64,000 nucleotides of DNA, taken from positions 81,034,001 through 81,098,000 of the forward strand of contig JAGIQG010000009.1 in assembly GCA_024679065.1 (NCBI GenBank). Reading direction: 5' to 3'. Under the pieces are notes generated by a model. That model was not told where the DNA came from and searched no databases. It worked only from the letters and a program-made list of their open reading frames with translations. Origin of the DNA: Sphyrna mokarran. Taxonomy: Eukaryota. The translations under genes and the position numbers were made by a program. Below are positions 63,901 through 64,000 of the stretch, one piece after another (the stretch's first letter is position 1; each line of letters begins with the position of its first letter).

Positions 63901-64000
63901 AGCCTCTGAACAAGACAATTCCATGTCCGTTGTGTGGCCAAGGCAGTGTCTGGCTTGGGTGGGTGAGGCAGAGAAAAGGAGCTGCCCAGGGCCTAGCTCC

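Overview
Vertebrate genomic DNA, almost certainly from a shark or other elasmobranch: it has a cluster-type Ig light-chain locus, HE1/V-SINE and Deu-domain SINEs, and abundant CR1 LINEs. Two host immune genes converge tail-to-tail. (1) RNASEL on the + strand has six coding exons (5974-7633, 11470-11645, 14601-14818, 30304-30436, 32114-32232, 34211-34337). They splice in frame to an ~810-aa ankyrin/pseudokinase/KEN-RNase protein. It has one more ankyrin repeat and a more kinase-like catalytic loop and activation segment than mammalian RNase L. (2) A single unrearranged kappa-type (NS4/type III-like) Ig light-chain cluster lies on the - strand: leader 52474-52522, V 51990-52287 with 12-RSS, J 50901-50935 with 23-RSS, C 43623-43951. 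It shows several atypical features (FAKG J motif, extra C-domain Cys, degenerate octamer, minisatellite between V and J). The rest is mostly transposable elements. These include one near full-length and many truncated CR1 LINEs, among them a ~3-kb inverted pair bracketing RNASEL exons, and a CR1 subfamily with a SINE core in its 3' UTR. There are also several miniature Penelope-derived hairpin elements with hammerhead-ribozyme cores and target-site duplications, a decayed Gypsy pol, and two minisatellites. Comparisons with human RNase L, IRE1 and nurse shark NS4 are from memory and need confirming by alignment.
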